This document shows, piece by piece, positions 17,898-27,251 of a stretch of DNA of 52,409 bases. Source of the DNA: a virus (taxonomy: Duplodnaviria; Caudoviricetes); IMG/VR virus record IMGVR_UViG_3300028588_000383, positions 1-52,409 of that record; one strand, written 5' to 3'. The notes below the pieces were generated by a model. It worked only from the letters and a program-made list of their open reading frames with translations, made no database searches and was not told the origin of the DNA. Both the position numbers and the translations under genes were made by a program. The first letter of the stretch is position 1, and the number at the start of each line of letters is the position of its first letter.

Positions 17898-19399
17898 TCG
17901 AACCTCGTCAATCTGTTGCCGCTGCCCTCGAAGGGCGTGACCCGGCTCCCGCTGCCCTCGAACGGGATGACGCGCGAGCCGCTGCCGTCGAACACGGTGA
18001 CGCGGCTCCCGCTTCCCTCGAAGACGACGATTCGGGCCGGGTGAATCTTTGAAATGTCGAACGGCGGCGATTCGGCAGAGAACCGCAGCGTCACGCCCCG
18101 GCCGACCAGCTCAAGGCGCGCTGGCGACACCAGCAGCCGACGGCCAACCAGCACGCGGACGGCGCCGCTGACCAGGCCGAGCCGGGCCGGCGCCACCGCC
18201 AGGCGGCGCGACACGCGCATGCGCACATCGCCGCCACCCAGGATCACCGCTGCGGCGGACACCGGCAAGGTGTAGCCGCCCGGGAGTTCCTTGTGGGCGT
18301 ACATCATTTCGACCTGGCCAGCGGTCAGCACCAGCGAGGCCGGCGCCACCTGCAGCCGGCGCGCGGCGCGCATGCCGATACCGCCGCCAACCAGCTGCAG
18401 CGCGGTCGGCTGAATGCCCAAGCGCCGGGCCGCCAGCATGGAGAGCTGACCGGGCGCGAGCGTGAACGCCGCGCGGTCGACCTGCAGCCGCCGTGCCGCG
18501 CGCATCGCTACCTGGCCAGCGACAACCGACAAGCTGGCCGGCGCCACCGCGAGGCGGCGGGACACGGCCATACGGACCTGCCCACCGGTCAGCGCAAGCG
18601 CGGCAGCCGCAATCGCCAGCACACGTTGAACTGCCGTCGCCGGTAAATCATCGGTCTCGTCCGATGACCTGAAAAGCTGCCATGGATTGGCGGACAGCGA
18701 TGCAATTTCGTCGGCGCTCAGCCGCCTGTCCCATGTTCCCGAACCAAGGACGCTGAACGGGCCAAGCGTGTCGCTCTGCGCCACCACAATGCCACCACCC
18801 TGAATTGTGGATAAGTCGAGAGGCTTGTCTGGCCCCGCCATGGTAGTGACAACCTGGCCATTCAGATACAACTCGCAGGTGCCGTTGCGCTGATAGGTCG
18901 CAATCGCAATCCCGACCATTCCGCGCACAAGTACGGTGTTGGCGGACATGCTGATAGTGCTGTAGCCGGTGACCCTCCAGGAAGCGCGTAATCCGCGCTG
19001 ACTGGTGTAGTTGGGAACGATGATCGCGTGCCCGTATTGCATCACGTTGCTGCCAGCGACGCCGCCATATGAAACCAGGGTGTGACTTCGGGTGTCTGCA
19101 GCGCCTACCGTTTCCGTCACAACAAAGGCCACCATCATGGTGGCCTCATCAATTCCAAACAGGTCTTCGGAGGGGTCGGTCATGCCGCGCCAACCAGCCG
19201 CGCCGACCGAAGACCAGCCTACGCCCTGGGAGTTCGGCTCGACCACGCTGACCTTGCCAGCCAGGGCGGTGAACTCGCGACCGTTGACGATGTTGCGATG
19301 CCCTGTACCGGCACTAGTTGCAATTCGAAGTCCGCGCGTAATCGGATTTAGGCGGTCGATCTGCGCCGCGCCCTGCGGCTGATAGCGCATCCCAGCCAT
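17894..19399 (-). CDS. LamG/ConA-like lectin domain plus repeat-rich stalk; candidate head fibre
   Basis: ATY..GTCELYLNGQ and WDRRLSADEIASL LamG motifs, followed by ~22-aa RRLxVAPAxL repeats. Confidence 0.65.
   Translation of the reverse strand: MAGMRYQPQGAAQIDRLNPITRGLRIATSAGTGHRNIVNGREFTALAGKVSVVEPNSQGVGWSSVGAAGWRGMTDPSEDLFGIDEATMMVAFVVTETVGAADTRSHTLVSYGGVAGSNVMQYGHAIIVPNYTSQRGLRASWRVTGYSTISMSANTVLVRGMVGIAIATYQRNGTCELYLNGQVVTTMAGPDKPLDLSTIQGGGIVVAQSDTLGPFSVLGSGTWDRRLSADEIASLSANPWQLFRSSDETDDLPATAVQRVLAIAAAALALTGGQVRMAVSRRLAVAPASLSVVAGQVAMRAARRLQVDRAAFTLAPGQLSMLAARRLGIQPTALQLVGGGIGMRAARRLQVAPASLVLTAGQVEMMYAHKELPGGYTLPVSAAAVILGGGDVRMRVSRRLAVAPARLGLVSGAVRVLVGRRLLVSPARLELVGRGVTLRFSAESPPFDISKIHPARIVVFEGSGSRVTVFDGSGSRVIPFEGSGSRVTPFEGSGNRLTRFE
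17897..18035 (-). repeat. 4-5 tandem 30-bp coding repeats (RVxxFEGSGS)
   Basis: RIVVFEGSGS RVTVFDGSGS RVIPFEGSGS RVTPFEGSGN RLTRFE; visible in the DNA at 30-bp period. Confidence 0.85.
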
Positions 19400-19770
19400 T
19401 ACAGAGCCGTGATCGCGTGCAGTTCGACAGTGACGGTGACCGGTGCGACGGTATTGCCGTACGCGATGGCACGCGCGTACATGGCGCCACGCGGCAGGTC
19501 TACCGCATTGCTGTACGAGCTACTTGCCACGGCATCGCCGCCGACCGTCCACAGGTCGCGCCAGTTCGCGCCGTCAGTCGCCACCTGGAGCGTCAGCGTC
19601 AGGGCGACGGTCGGCGCGCTGGTGCCGTTGTTGATCGAGTAGGTCAGCAGTCCGCCGTAGTGGCCGCGGCAGTCGATCGCGTCGCTGGCGCGGCCCGGCG
19701 CCGCCTTGGTCGACCCGGGCGCGACAGCGCCGGCCGCCAGCAGCGTGATCGAGGTTTTCGTGATCGCCAT
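19399..19770 (-). CDS. hypothetical virion protein (beta-sandwich)
   Basis: 123-aa beta-rich ORF coupled to its neighbours. Confidence 0.65.
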   Translation of the reverse strand: MAITKTSITLLAAGAVAPGSTKAAPGRASDAIDCRGHYGGLLTYSINNGTSAPTVALTLTLQVATDGANWRDLWTVGGDAVASSSYSNAVDLPRGAMYARAIAYGNTVAPVTVTVELHAITAL

Positions 19771-20193
19771 CTATTTTTCGCTTCCATCGGGATTGAACAG
19801 GGCTACGCCGACCTGCTGGGCAGTCAGCGGATCAGGCTGCTGGCCCAACTCGCACAGCTTGTCGGCGTCGGCCGGCGTGATCACCTCGGCGCCGAACTGG
19901 CGCAGTGTGGTTTGCACCAGCGCAGAGCCGATCCGCAGCCGGCCCTGATCGAGCATCGGGACGACGTGGCGCATGGCTGGCGCGGCCTGGATGTGGTCGA
20001 TCAGGCGGTTGCCGGCGTCGATCCCGATCGTTTCGAGGATTGTGCCGTAGCCGATCTCGCGCTCGTTGCCGCAGGTGCGGCCATCAGACAGGATCTGGGC
20101 CAGGGTGGCGCAGTCGCGCGCCGCCAGCGCCGCCGCGCAGGCCGGATCGGCGTGCGCGCGGGTGCGCAGCTCAGCCTGTTGTTCTGGCGTCAT
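19771..20193 (-). CDS. hypothetical phage protein
   Basis: 140-aa ORF coupled to its neighbours. Confidence 0.65.
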   Translation of the reverse strand: MTPEQQAELRTRAHADPACAAALAARDCATLAQILSDGRTCGNEREIGYGTILETIGIDAGNRLIDHIQAAPAMRHVVPMLDQGRLRIGSALVQTTLRQFGAEVITPADADKLCELGQQPDPLTAQQVGVALFNPDGSEK

Positions 20194-20195
20194 GA

Positions 20196-20612
20196 TCAGC
20201 TCAGCGTCAGAACACCAGCGGCCTGGTCGAAATCGACCGTCAGGGCTTCGCCGTCGTTGAGGGTGATGCTCGAGCCGTAATCGCAGTAGCCGACCAACGG
20301 CTTGCCTGCGGCGGTGTCGTTGTACACCACGGCGAAGCGCAGCGGGCCGACCGTGCCGCCGGCGGCGGTGATCACCTCGTCGGCGATCGTCACCTTGGCA
20401 ATGCCGCCGGTTTCGGCCAGCACGACCGCGTCGAGCTGGTAGCCGCCGGCCGTGTACGCGCCGCCGGTCACCTGGGTGACGTCAGCCAGGACAGCCGCGC
20501 TCGCGGCCGGCGCGGCGTTGGTCAGCGCGACCTTGAACGTGTGCGATCCGAAGTTGTGGACGCCACGCAGCACCTGCTCGGCGAAATCGGGGATCTTCTG
20601 CAGTGCTGGCAT
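20196..20612 (-). CDS. putative head decoration / fibre-base protein
   Basis: TFKVALT, GAYTAGG, AVVYNDT, LVGYCDYG, GVLTL motifs seen in virion proteins. Start MPALQK at 20612. Confidence 0.6.
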   Translation of the reverse strand: MPALQKIPDFAEQVLRGVHNFGSHTFKVALTNAAPAASAAVLADVTQVTGGAYTAGGYQLDAVVLAETGGIAKVTIADEVITAAGGTVGPLRFAVVYNDTAAGKPLVGYCDYGSSITLNDGEALTVDFDQAAGVLTLS

Positions 20613-20625
20613 GTGCCGCGACCTT

Positions 20626-20817
20626 TCATGGTTCAGCGAGCCGCGCGCGGAAAAGCGCCAGCAGCTCGGCGTCGGTCTTGCCGACAAATTCGTCTTGGAA
20701 GATGACCGCCCGGGCCGGTCGACCGCGCACGGTGCCGGAAATCGGGATCATCAGGGAGCCCGGCGCCGCCGCCTCGGCGCGCAGGTTGGCGAGCCAGGCG
20801 GCGGTGTCGGGGCTCAT
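20626..20817 (-). CDS. small hypothetical protein
   Basis: MSPDTAAWLANLR.. 63 aa, in operon. Confidence 0.5.
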   Translation of the reverse strand: MSPDTAAWLANLRAEAAAPGSLMIPISGTVRGRPARAVIFQDEFVGKTDAELLALFRARLAEP

Positions 20818-20821
20818 GGGG

Positions 20822-21103
20822 TTACTGCTTGGTTCGACCGCGGCGCGGTGCGGCCGACGGCTCGATGGGATCGGCCTCGGCGTCGACGGCCACTGGCACG
20901 CTGTCGGCTTCCGTGGGAGCAGCTTCATCGGCCGGCAGGGTCGCGACGGGCGGAGGCGCGTCATGGGCCGTGGTCCAGCCCTCACCCGTCGACACCGAGA
21001 TCAAGTCCTGATCATCGGTCTCGAACTCTTGGCCAACTGGATAGTGCTGTAACTGGATGCCGCGATGCGCCCAGGCAAAGGCTTGAATTACGGACAATTT
21101 CAT
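20822..21103 (-). CDS. small protein after capsid gene (packaging-chaperone-like position)
   Basis: MKLSVIQAFAWAHRG..G.EFE with low-complexity tail ending RRGR. Confidence 0.6.
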   Translation of the reverse strand: MKLSVIQAFAWAHRGIQLQHYPVGQEFETDDQDLISVSTGEGWTTAHDAPPPVATLPADEAAPTEADSVPVAVDAEADPIEPSAAPRRGRTKQ

Positions 21104-21156
21104 GGTTACTCCAGGTGTGAGCAAGCACCCGCGGGTACTTGCTCCGAGTTGCCGAC

Positions 21157-22386
21157 TTAGGTCGCTGCGATCTTCAGCTTGCGACCGGCTTCCGCCTGGC
21201 GCACGCCACCACCCACGCGGCGGCGCGCACGGAACACCACCAGGCCGTCGTCGGCGCCGGTCGTGTAGTCGGCCTGCAGCGCGACGTTCACACGGTCGAC
21301 GATGACGTACAGCTTCTTGAAGTCGGCGAACACCACCGGGAACGCATTGGCAGCGACATTCGGCATGTCGGCCATTTCGGCGTAGGCAGCGCCCAGGATG
21401 GTGTTCGGCGCACCATTAGCGATGCCAGGCGCCCACAGATACTGGCCGGTGCTGTCCTTCAGCTTGCGAACCTTGCCCAGCGTGTTGCGGTTCAGGCCCC
21501 ACATCGCGTTGCGCGCGTGCGCGGTCTTCAGATCGTGGAACAGCGAGATCATGCCGTCGGCGGTGATGTCGGCGGCGGTGCCGCTGATGGTGAAGCCGAT
21601 GTCGGTACTCGTCAGGATGCCTTGCATTTGGGCCGAACCACCGGTGCCGGTGATCGACTCCTGGCCTTCACGCACTGCGAACTGTTCCGATGCATCTTCA
21701 CGAAGCTCAGCGAACAGGTCATAGTCCGAATCTTCCAGCATCTGCTGCGAGACTTCGATCCGCGCGAACATCTCAGGGGCGAAGAACTCCAGCATGCCGT
21801 ATGCAGGATCGCCGGTGTTCGCACGCTTGGCGGTCTCGCCGACGCGCAGAGCAGCGCCGTTGCCGGTCTTCTTCGGCATTTTCAGACTGCCGACACCGAT
21901 GGTGCGCACGGTCGCCAGCGCGCGGATAGGCGTCAGCTCGATCACGTTCTTGATGATCTCTTTCTGCATTTCCGGCGGCGCCAGCAGGTAGCCAGCGCTC
22001 GCGTCGTCGCTCTTGATCAGGGCCGCGGAGCGCTCGCGCAGCAGCGTCACGTCGGCCGGATCGCGGTCGCCAGCAGCGCGGCGCATGGAGCGATCGAACG
22101 CGTCCATGTACTCTTGTGCGGCTTTCGCCTGCGGGTCGGCAGCGCCACCCAGGCCGGCGCGGTTGGCGATCTTTTCGATCGAATCCAGCTGGTCTTGCAT
22201 GGCCTTGTTCTGCTTCTCGATCAGGGCCAGCTGTTGGTTCTGGGTCTCGTGCTTGTCGAGGACAGCACTGATTTTGTCGAGCTTCGCGTCGAGGTCCGCG
22301 CTGCGCTTCGTTTGGTTCGCGTCGTTCGTTTTCTTGAACTCGGTGAACGCTTCCATTACTTCTTGAACGGCGTCTTTGTCTGCCAT
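21157..22386 (-). CDS. HK97-family major capsid protein
   Basis: Coiled-coil delta domain, AGYLLAPPE, VSQQMLEDS, LKDSTGQYLW, RRRVGG. Confidence 0.95.
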   Translation of the reverse strand: MADKDAVQEVMEAFTEFKKTNDANQTKRSADLDAKLDKISAVLDKHETQNQQLALIEKQNKAMQDQLDSIEKIANRAGLGGAADPQAKAAQEYMDAFDRSMRRAAGDRDPADVTLLRERSAALIKSDDASAGYLLAPPEMQKEIIKNVIELTPIRALATVRTIGVGSLKMPKKTGNGAALRVGETAKRANTGDPAYGMLEFFAPEMFARIEVSQQMLEDSDYDLFAELREDASEQFAVREGQESITGTGGSAQMQGILTSTDIGFTISGTAADITADGMISLFHDLKTAHARNAMWGLNRNTLGKVRKLKDSTGQYLWAPGIANGAPNTILGAAYAEMADMPNVAANAFPVVFADFKKLYVIVDRVNVALQADYTTGADDGLVVFRARRRVGGGVRQAEAGRKLKIAAT

Positions 22387-22388
22387 GG

Positions 22389-23402
22389 TCATTCCTTGAT
22401 GGTGGAGGTAAGTTGTTTGATGCCCTGCGCCAGGCGGCGGGCCGCCGAGCGCTGCTCATCCGCAGGGTCCCCACCATCACGGAGGGGCTGTACTGACGGG
22501 TTCGGCGAATCGTCGCGATTCGCCTTCGGCACCGCTGACGCGATGCGCTTTGCTTGTGCGTGCGACATCCCCTCTGCATCGCGCAGATAGGCTTCGAACT
22601 CACGAATTTCGGGGCCGCCAGCGGATGCCAGCAGGTTCTGAGGGGTTTTCTTGAAGAGGTTCAGCATTGCCGAGTTGGCGGCCTTCTTCTTTTTGGCATG
22701 GACCAGCACGTCGGCAAAGCCGGCGTCGACGGCCTGCTGCCCGAGGAACCAGGTTTCTGCGTTGACCCAGGCTTCCAGGTCTGCGCGCTTCGCATCGGTG
22801 CGGGCCTCGTAGATGTTGATCAACCCAGCCTGCAGCTGGTCGAGGATATCCGCCTCCTTGCGCATCGCGTCGGCATCGCCCCACATGCCGGACCACGGCT
22901 TGTGGATCATCAGGTTGGCGCCCTCGCTGATGCGAATCTCGTCGCCAGCCATTGCGATGACGCTCGCGATTGAGGCCGCGATGCTGTCGATATGGACGAT
23001 GATTTTGGCGTCATGACGGGCGAATGCCTGGTAGATGGCCAGGCCTTCGAATACCAGGCCGCCGCCGCTGTTGATGCGGACATGGATCTCGTCGACGTCC
23101 AGTGCAGCAATCTGGTTCGAGATCGACTCGCCGGTGATGCCTTCGTCGTACCAGCCGCCGCCGATGTCACCGTAGATCAGTACCTCGGCAGGACTGTCGC
23201 CGGAGGCTGCATTGATTCGAACCTGCCCTGGCTTCAGCGCCATGCGATTGACGTAACGGAAAGAGCCAGCGTCCGCCGGATCTTCCTGGGCCAGTTGCGA
23301 GAGGACGGAATCGAGGCTGTCCCGCGCCTCGCGCAGCGCGCGCTCATTTGCTGCGGACAGCACTCGTCCTGCAGCGAGTGGCTGCATATTCAGTTTGGAC
23401 AT
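22389..23402 (-). CDS. ClpP-type (S14) prohead maturation protease
   Basis: INSGGG, AASIASVIAMAG, LMIHKPW, ETWF motifs. Confidence 0.92.
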   Translation of the reverse strand: MSKLNMQPLAAGRVLSAANERALREARDSLDSVLSQLAQEDPADAGSFRYVNRMALKPGQVRINAASGDSPAEVLIYGDIGGGWYDEGITGESISNQIAALDVDEIHVRINSGGGLVFEGLAIYQAFARHDAKIIVHIDSIAASIASVIAMAGDEIRISEGANLMIHKPWSGMWGDADAMRKEADILDQLQAGLINIYEARTDAKRADLEAWVNAETWFLGQQAVDAGFADVLVHAKKKKAANSAMLNLFKKTPQNLLASAGGPEIREFEAYLRDAEGMSHAQAKRIASAVPKANRDDSPNPSVQPLRDGGDPADEQRSAARRLAQGIKQLTSTIKE

Positions 23403-23408
23403 ACGGGA

Positions 23409-24641
23409 TTACTCCTGGGGAGCTGGTGTTTCAGGCTCGGCGGGCTTTTGCTCGCCGACGATGTTTGCGGGGATGCGCAGCAGGTTGCTGGCAGGGTCGT
23501 CGTCAGGGTTCCGGTCGAGCAGGCCTCGCCCTTCGTTTGGCGTCAAGATGCCGCCGTTTACGTAGCCCAGAATGATGTCCTTCGTATCCTTGGCGGACCC
23601 GCGCAGCATCCCCTCTTCGGTGAAGTTCGTGTAATACCCTTCTTCGATCTCCGCCTCGGAAAGGAGGTTGATCACGGCAGACTGCTCGAACGCTTCCCAT
23701 CGCGGCGCCAGGCAATCCTCCCGGTGTGCGCGGTTCATCTCCTCAGCACTAGCGAAGGTCGCGGTTTTATCCGAGAAGCCGACCTTGATCGGCAAGACGC
23801 CGAAAAACGAGCAGATCTGCTCGATCTGCAACTTGCGCGTTTCATTCGCCTGGGCGTCGACGCTGCTCATGGACGTGTTCAGGAATTTGGCGTTGCGGTC
23901 GAGGATCATCGGCCGGCCGGCGTTCTGAGCGCCAGCGAATTGCTTGATCACCCATGCGCTCAGCTTCTCGTGCTGGTCCTTGTCCAACGTACCTTCGACC
24001 GAGTAGATGCCCGAATTCCGTATCCCATTTTTGTGCAGTTGGGCTGCGGTTTCCTCAGTCGCCAGCGCCAGGCCGATTGCCTCGCGCGCAAGCTTGATGA
24101 CCTCCAGCCCCTCGATGCCATCCATCGTCGGCCCGCGCAGATGCCAGATATGCTTTCGCGTGAATGTCTTGAAGGTTCCATCGGCCCCGTAGACGTCATA
24201 GAAAATCTCCAGCGTCTGCGCATCGCGGCGCACCAGAACCTGCCCCGGCGCGAACGGAATCAATTCGAGGATTTTCCCCGTCATGCTCAGGCTCTTGAAA
24301 ACGAAGGCTTGGCCGCACAGTTCGATGTGCCATGACAGCATCTGCCGAAATTCGAAGCTCGTCTGCCAGTCATTCGGCTTCAGCGACAGCATCCGGTAGA
24401 GCTTGTGCCACTTCGCGGGCAAACGGCGGCCGCGCACTTCCTGCATCAGCTTGAATGGAACTTGCGCCATGCCGTTGCCGATCACGCGGCAGCAGGAAAA
24501 TACCGTAGCCACTTGGATCGCCGTACGCACATTCACCGCGCGACCTGTAGCCGACGAGAGCCACCCCGCCATCTCCTGCCAGAATGGCTCCTTGAACGCC
24601 TCGTTTCGCCGGCCGACGCCGGCTCGGACAAAAATCGACAT
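23409..24641 (-). CDS. HK97-family portal protein
   Basis: KPNDWQTSFEF, IWHLRG..DGIEG, ICSFFGV, LTPNEGR motifs. Confidence 0.93.
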   Translation of the reverse strand: MSIFVRAGVGRRNEAFKEPFWQEMAGWLSSATGRAVNVRTAIQVATVFSCCRVIGNGMAQVPFKLMQEVRGRRLPAKWHKLYRMLSLKPNDWQTSFEFRQMLSWHIELCGQAFVFKSLSMTGKILELIPFAPGQVLVRRDAQTLEIFYDVYGADGTFKTFTRKHIWHLRGPTMDGIEGLEVIKLAREAIGLALATEETAAQLHKNGIRNSGIYSVEGTLDKDQHEKLSAWVIKQFAGAQNAGRPMILDRNAKFLNTSMSSVDAQANETRKLQIEQICSFFGVLPIKVGFSDKTATFASAEEMNRAHREDCLAPRWEAFEQSAVINLLSEAEIEEGYYTNFTEEGMLRGSAKDTKDIILGYVNGGILTPNEGRGLLDRNPDDDPASNLLRIPANIVGEQKPAEPETPAPQE

Positions 24642-24817
24642 CAGTCCTCCACCTTGGCACGCGCGGCATTCACGCTCGCCAGCACGCCGCCGACCATCAT
24701 CAAGACGCCGGCGGCGATGCAGCCGGCCGCAGGATGTAACAGGCCGACGCCGAACGCAAACGCCGTGGCGCCGAAGGTGATCAGTGCATCAGGGGCAAAT
24801 TTGATCAGTTTGTTCAT
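24641..24817 (-). CDS. small two-TM membrane protein between terminase and portal
   Basis: MNKLIKFAPDALITFGA.. hydrophobic 58 aa at a position conserved in HK97-like phages. Confidence 0.65.
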   Translation of the reverse strand: MNKLIKFAPDALITFGATAFAFGVGLLHPAAGCIAAGVLMMVGGVLASVNAARAKVED

Positions 24818-24819
24818 TC

Positions 24820-26532
24820 TTATTCCCAGAAGGATTTTGCTTCCGACGCAACCTTGCTCACTAGGCCCGCAGCCATAACCGCCGCAATGATCAAGTCGAT
24901 GCGGCCGGTTGCCTTCTCCTTGTCGAGCTTGCGGCTTCCTGTTCCGTCCTGGACCGTCACCGCGTTGCCGGCGCACATCGTCAGCACCTTGTGCCCGTTG
25001 TGCGCCAGCTCGCCGTTCAGCAGCATTGTTTCGAACCGCTCGATGGCGGGACTCATATCTTTGTAACCTTGGCCAAACGCCTCCATTGGCGGCAGGCTAA
25101 TGCCATCGTCCGACGCCATCTGCTGCAGGTCTTCGATGCGCCAGCGGTCATATCCGCATATGGTGAGATCGAAGAAATCGCACATCGCCGACAGCTTTTG
25201 CAGGATGATTCGCTTACTGATGGCTCGGCCCGGGGTCGTATCGAGCAGACCTTCCGCCTTCCATTCGACGTACGGGACCATGTCCTGCTGCGCACGCCGC
25301 GCGAGGTCGGCATCTGGGAGCCATGCGTATGGAACCAACTTCCAAGGCTCGCCCGGCTCTACCGGCTGGACGAGAAACACCAAGCCTGTAAGGTCAGTGG
25401 TACTGGACAGGTCCAGCGCGGCCACAGCGCGCCGTCCGCGGAGCGACTCGACGTCGTAGTCGAGCTTCGCGCCCTTCCAGATTTCGTGACTGATCCAGGG
25501 CGACTCGGCGTCCGTCCATTGGCAGAAGTTCAGCCGGCGGACAAGCGATTCCTTCGACGGCATACCCCGCGCTTCCGTCACCTGCTCGCGGATGTACTTG
25601 TACCCAGGCAGGTTCGCGTCCTGCAGGCTGGGATTCGCCTTCGGCCAGCATTCTTCGCTTTCGAACGGGTCGTCGCCCTCGTCGAGAGCGCAGATGTACG
25701 GGAAGAAGGCGTCGTCTACCAGCTCGCCGGATGCAATCTTGGCGCCGTATTCGTGCGAGTTCCAGCACGGCGACTTGCGACTCGCGCCTGCGTTGGTGAT
25801 CACGAAGATCAGCGCCTGGCGCCGGCTCTTCGTACCAGCGCGCAGCATCTCCAGCACGGTCGCCGTCTTGTGTTCGTGATATTCGTCCACGAGCGCGACG
25901 TGCGGTCGCGGACCGGACTGGCCGTCGTCGCTACTGATCGGGCGGAAGAACGAACCGGTTTGCAGGAACGCCAAGTTCCACGCTTTTTCGCCAGTACCGC
26001 TCTTCGTCAGCCGCTTCTTCAACTCTGGCGACTGATCGTGCATCGCGACCGCGTCACGGAACAGGATCATCGCCTGGTCCTTCTTGGTCGCCGCCGAATA
26101 AATCTCCGCGCGCGGCTCGCCATCGGCGACCAGGCCTTTCATGCCGACGCCGGCGGCCAGTGGCGATTTGCCACTTCCCTTCGCTGTTTCAACGTACACG
26201 ACGCGGAAACGACGGTAGCCATCGTCGCTCTTCCATCCGAAAATGCTGCCCACTACGAACTTCTGCCACGGCAGCAACATGAAGGGCAAGCCCTCGAAGT
26301 CGCCTCCGTTTAGCTTCAGCACATCCTGGTAAAACCCAATTGCCTTGTGCGCGGCATCCACGTCCCATACTAGGCCTCGTGCGCCGCCCTCCTCCAGATC
26401 GCGCAGGTGGCGCGCGCATTGGTCGCGCACGTGCGGTCCGGCGATCTGGGTACCGGCGACGACTTCGAGGGCGTATGTAGTAACAGGGTCAGCCGAAGTA
26501 TCCGGCGAGCGGGTCTTTTTTCTCGTCGCCAT
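24820..26532 (-). CDS. terL: terminase large subunit
   Basis: LLPWQKF, Walker A AKGSGKS, VDEYHEH, ITNAG, DLSSTTDLT, GRID. Confidence 0.96.
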   Translation of the reverse strand: MATRKKTRSPDTSADPVTTYALEVVAGTQIAGPHVRDQCARHLRDLEEGGARGLVWDVDAAHKAIGFYQDVLKLNGGDFEGLPFMLLPWQKFVVGSIFGWKSDDGYRRFRVVYVETAKGSGKSPLAAGVGMKGLVADGEPRAEIYSAATKKDQAMILFRDAVAMHDQSPELKKRLTKSGTGEKAWNLAFLQTGSFFRPISSDDGQSGPRPHVALVDEYHEHKTATVLEMLRAGTKSRRQALIFVITNAGASRKSPCWNSHEYGAKIASGELVDDAFFPYICALDEGDDPFESEECWPKANPSLQDANLPGYKYIREQVTEARGMPSKESLVRRLNFCQWTDAESPWISHEIWKGAKLDYDVESLRGRRAVAALDLSSTTDLTGLVFLVQPVEPGEPWKLVPYAWLPDADLARRAQQDMVPYVEWKAEGLLDTTPGRAISKRIILQKLSAMCDFFDLTICGYDRWRIEDLQQMASDDGISLPPMEAFGQGYKDMSPAIERFETMLLNGELAHNGHKVLTMCAGNAVTVQDGTGSRKLDKEKATGRIDLIIAAVMAAGLVSKVASEAKSFWE

Positions 26533-26962
26533 CCGGGAGGTCCACGTTCACTTTCGATCGCGCGGCCGGCGTTAGGCCGAACTCCACCAGGTAGCTTTTG
26601 AATTGCGCATCGGCGGCGCGCAGCTGGTTGACCGCGGGATTGTTCTTGATGAGGGTGTTTTCGTTTTGATCGACCGTCGTGTAGGTTCGACCGTCACGCT
26701 CGATCAGCTCGCGACACGCCAGGATGTCGGCGTAGCAGTCGCACAGCCGCTCGAGGGCCAGTCCGTCGGCCTCGGTCATCACCCCCATTCGCCGGAGCAG
26801 CGTGCACAGCTTTTTCCACACCGCCTTGCCTTTCGCATCCAGGTGCGGCGGGCAAACCGGTGCTTTTGTGCGCGGTTTTGGCTCTTTTTTGTTCAGTGGC
26901 CGCTTGCCCGGATTGCCCGTGACCAGCTTGAGCGCACTGGGTATCGGGCGCCTTCCGGCCAT
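26489..26962 (-). CDS. terS: terminase small subunit, P27 family
   Basis: GRRPIP..LK..GNPGKRPLN, NPAV, EFGLTPAARSK. Confidence 0.93.
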   Translation of the reverse strand: MAGRRPIPSALKLVTGNPGKRPLNKKEPKPRTKAPVCPPHLDAKGKAVWKKLCTLLRRMGVMTEADGLALERLCDCYADILACRELIERDGRTYTTVDQNENTLIKNNPAVNQLRAADAQFKSYLVEFGLTPAARSKVNVDLPDGDEKKDPLAGYFG

Positions 26963-26989
26963 GATTTCAGTCCCAGAAAAAAAGTTTCA

Positions 26990-27065
26990 TTTCGCGGTTC
27001 TGCGCAAAGAGGGGGGAGGCGGTCCCCTTGGGCGAAGGTCCCGGAGATTTGATGCCCCCCGGCAC
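26990..27065 (-). other. probable cos packaging region
   Basis: Between HNH genes and terS. GGGGGGCATCAAATCTC..ACCGCCTCCCCCCTC..CGCGAAATGAAA resembles cos regions of HK97-like phages; exact nick site not determinable. Confidence 0.4.
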
Positions 27066-27115
27066 TATTTCACGCGAGAAAGATATTATTGAAGAAAAAT
27101 GTTTCCCTTGGTGCA

Positions 27116-27250
27116 TCAAATCGGCCATCCATCCGGCCCTGCGGCGCGCCTCACGCGCTTCGTCTTCCTCTGCTCGGCCTCGGTCTTTTGACCGCGCGGA
27201 GAGATCGCACAATGCCGCCAGAAACTCGTTGTGAACTTACGGAGGGGCAG
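27116..27250 (-). pseudogene. remnant 3' end of a terminase-associated HNH gene
   Basis: Frame ends KTEAEQRKTKRVRRAAGPDGWPI*, matching ITAEQQGRLKRPRKVIGPDGWPCE* of the gene at 28253-28558. Confidence 0.5.
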
Positions 27251-27251
27251 G

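Noticed and set aside
17897-18035. CRISPR-like array
   Set aside because: Contiguous 30-bp in-frame coding repeats with no spacers and no cas genes.
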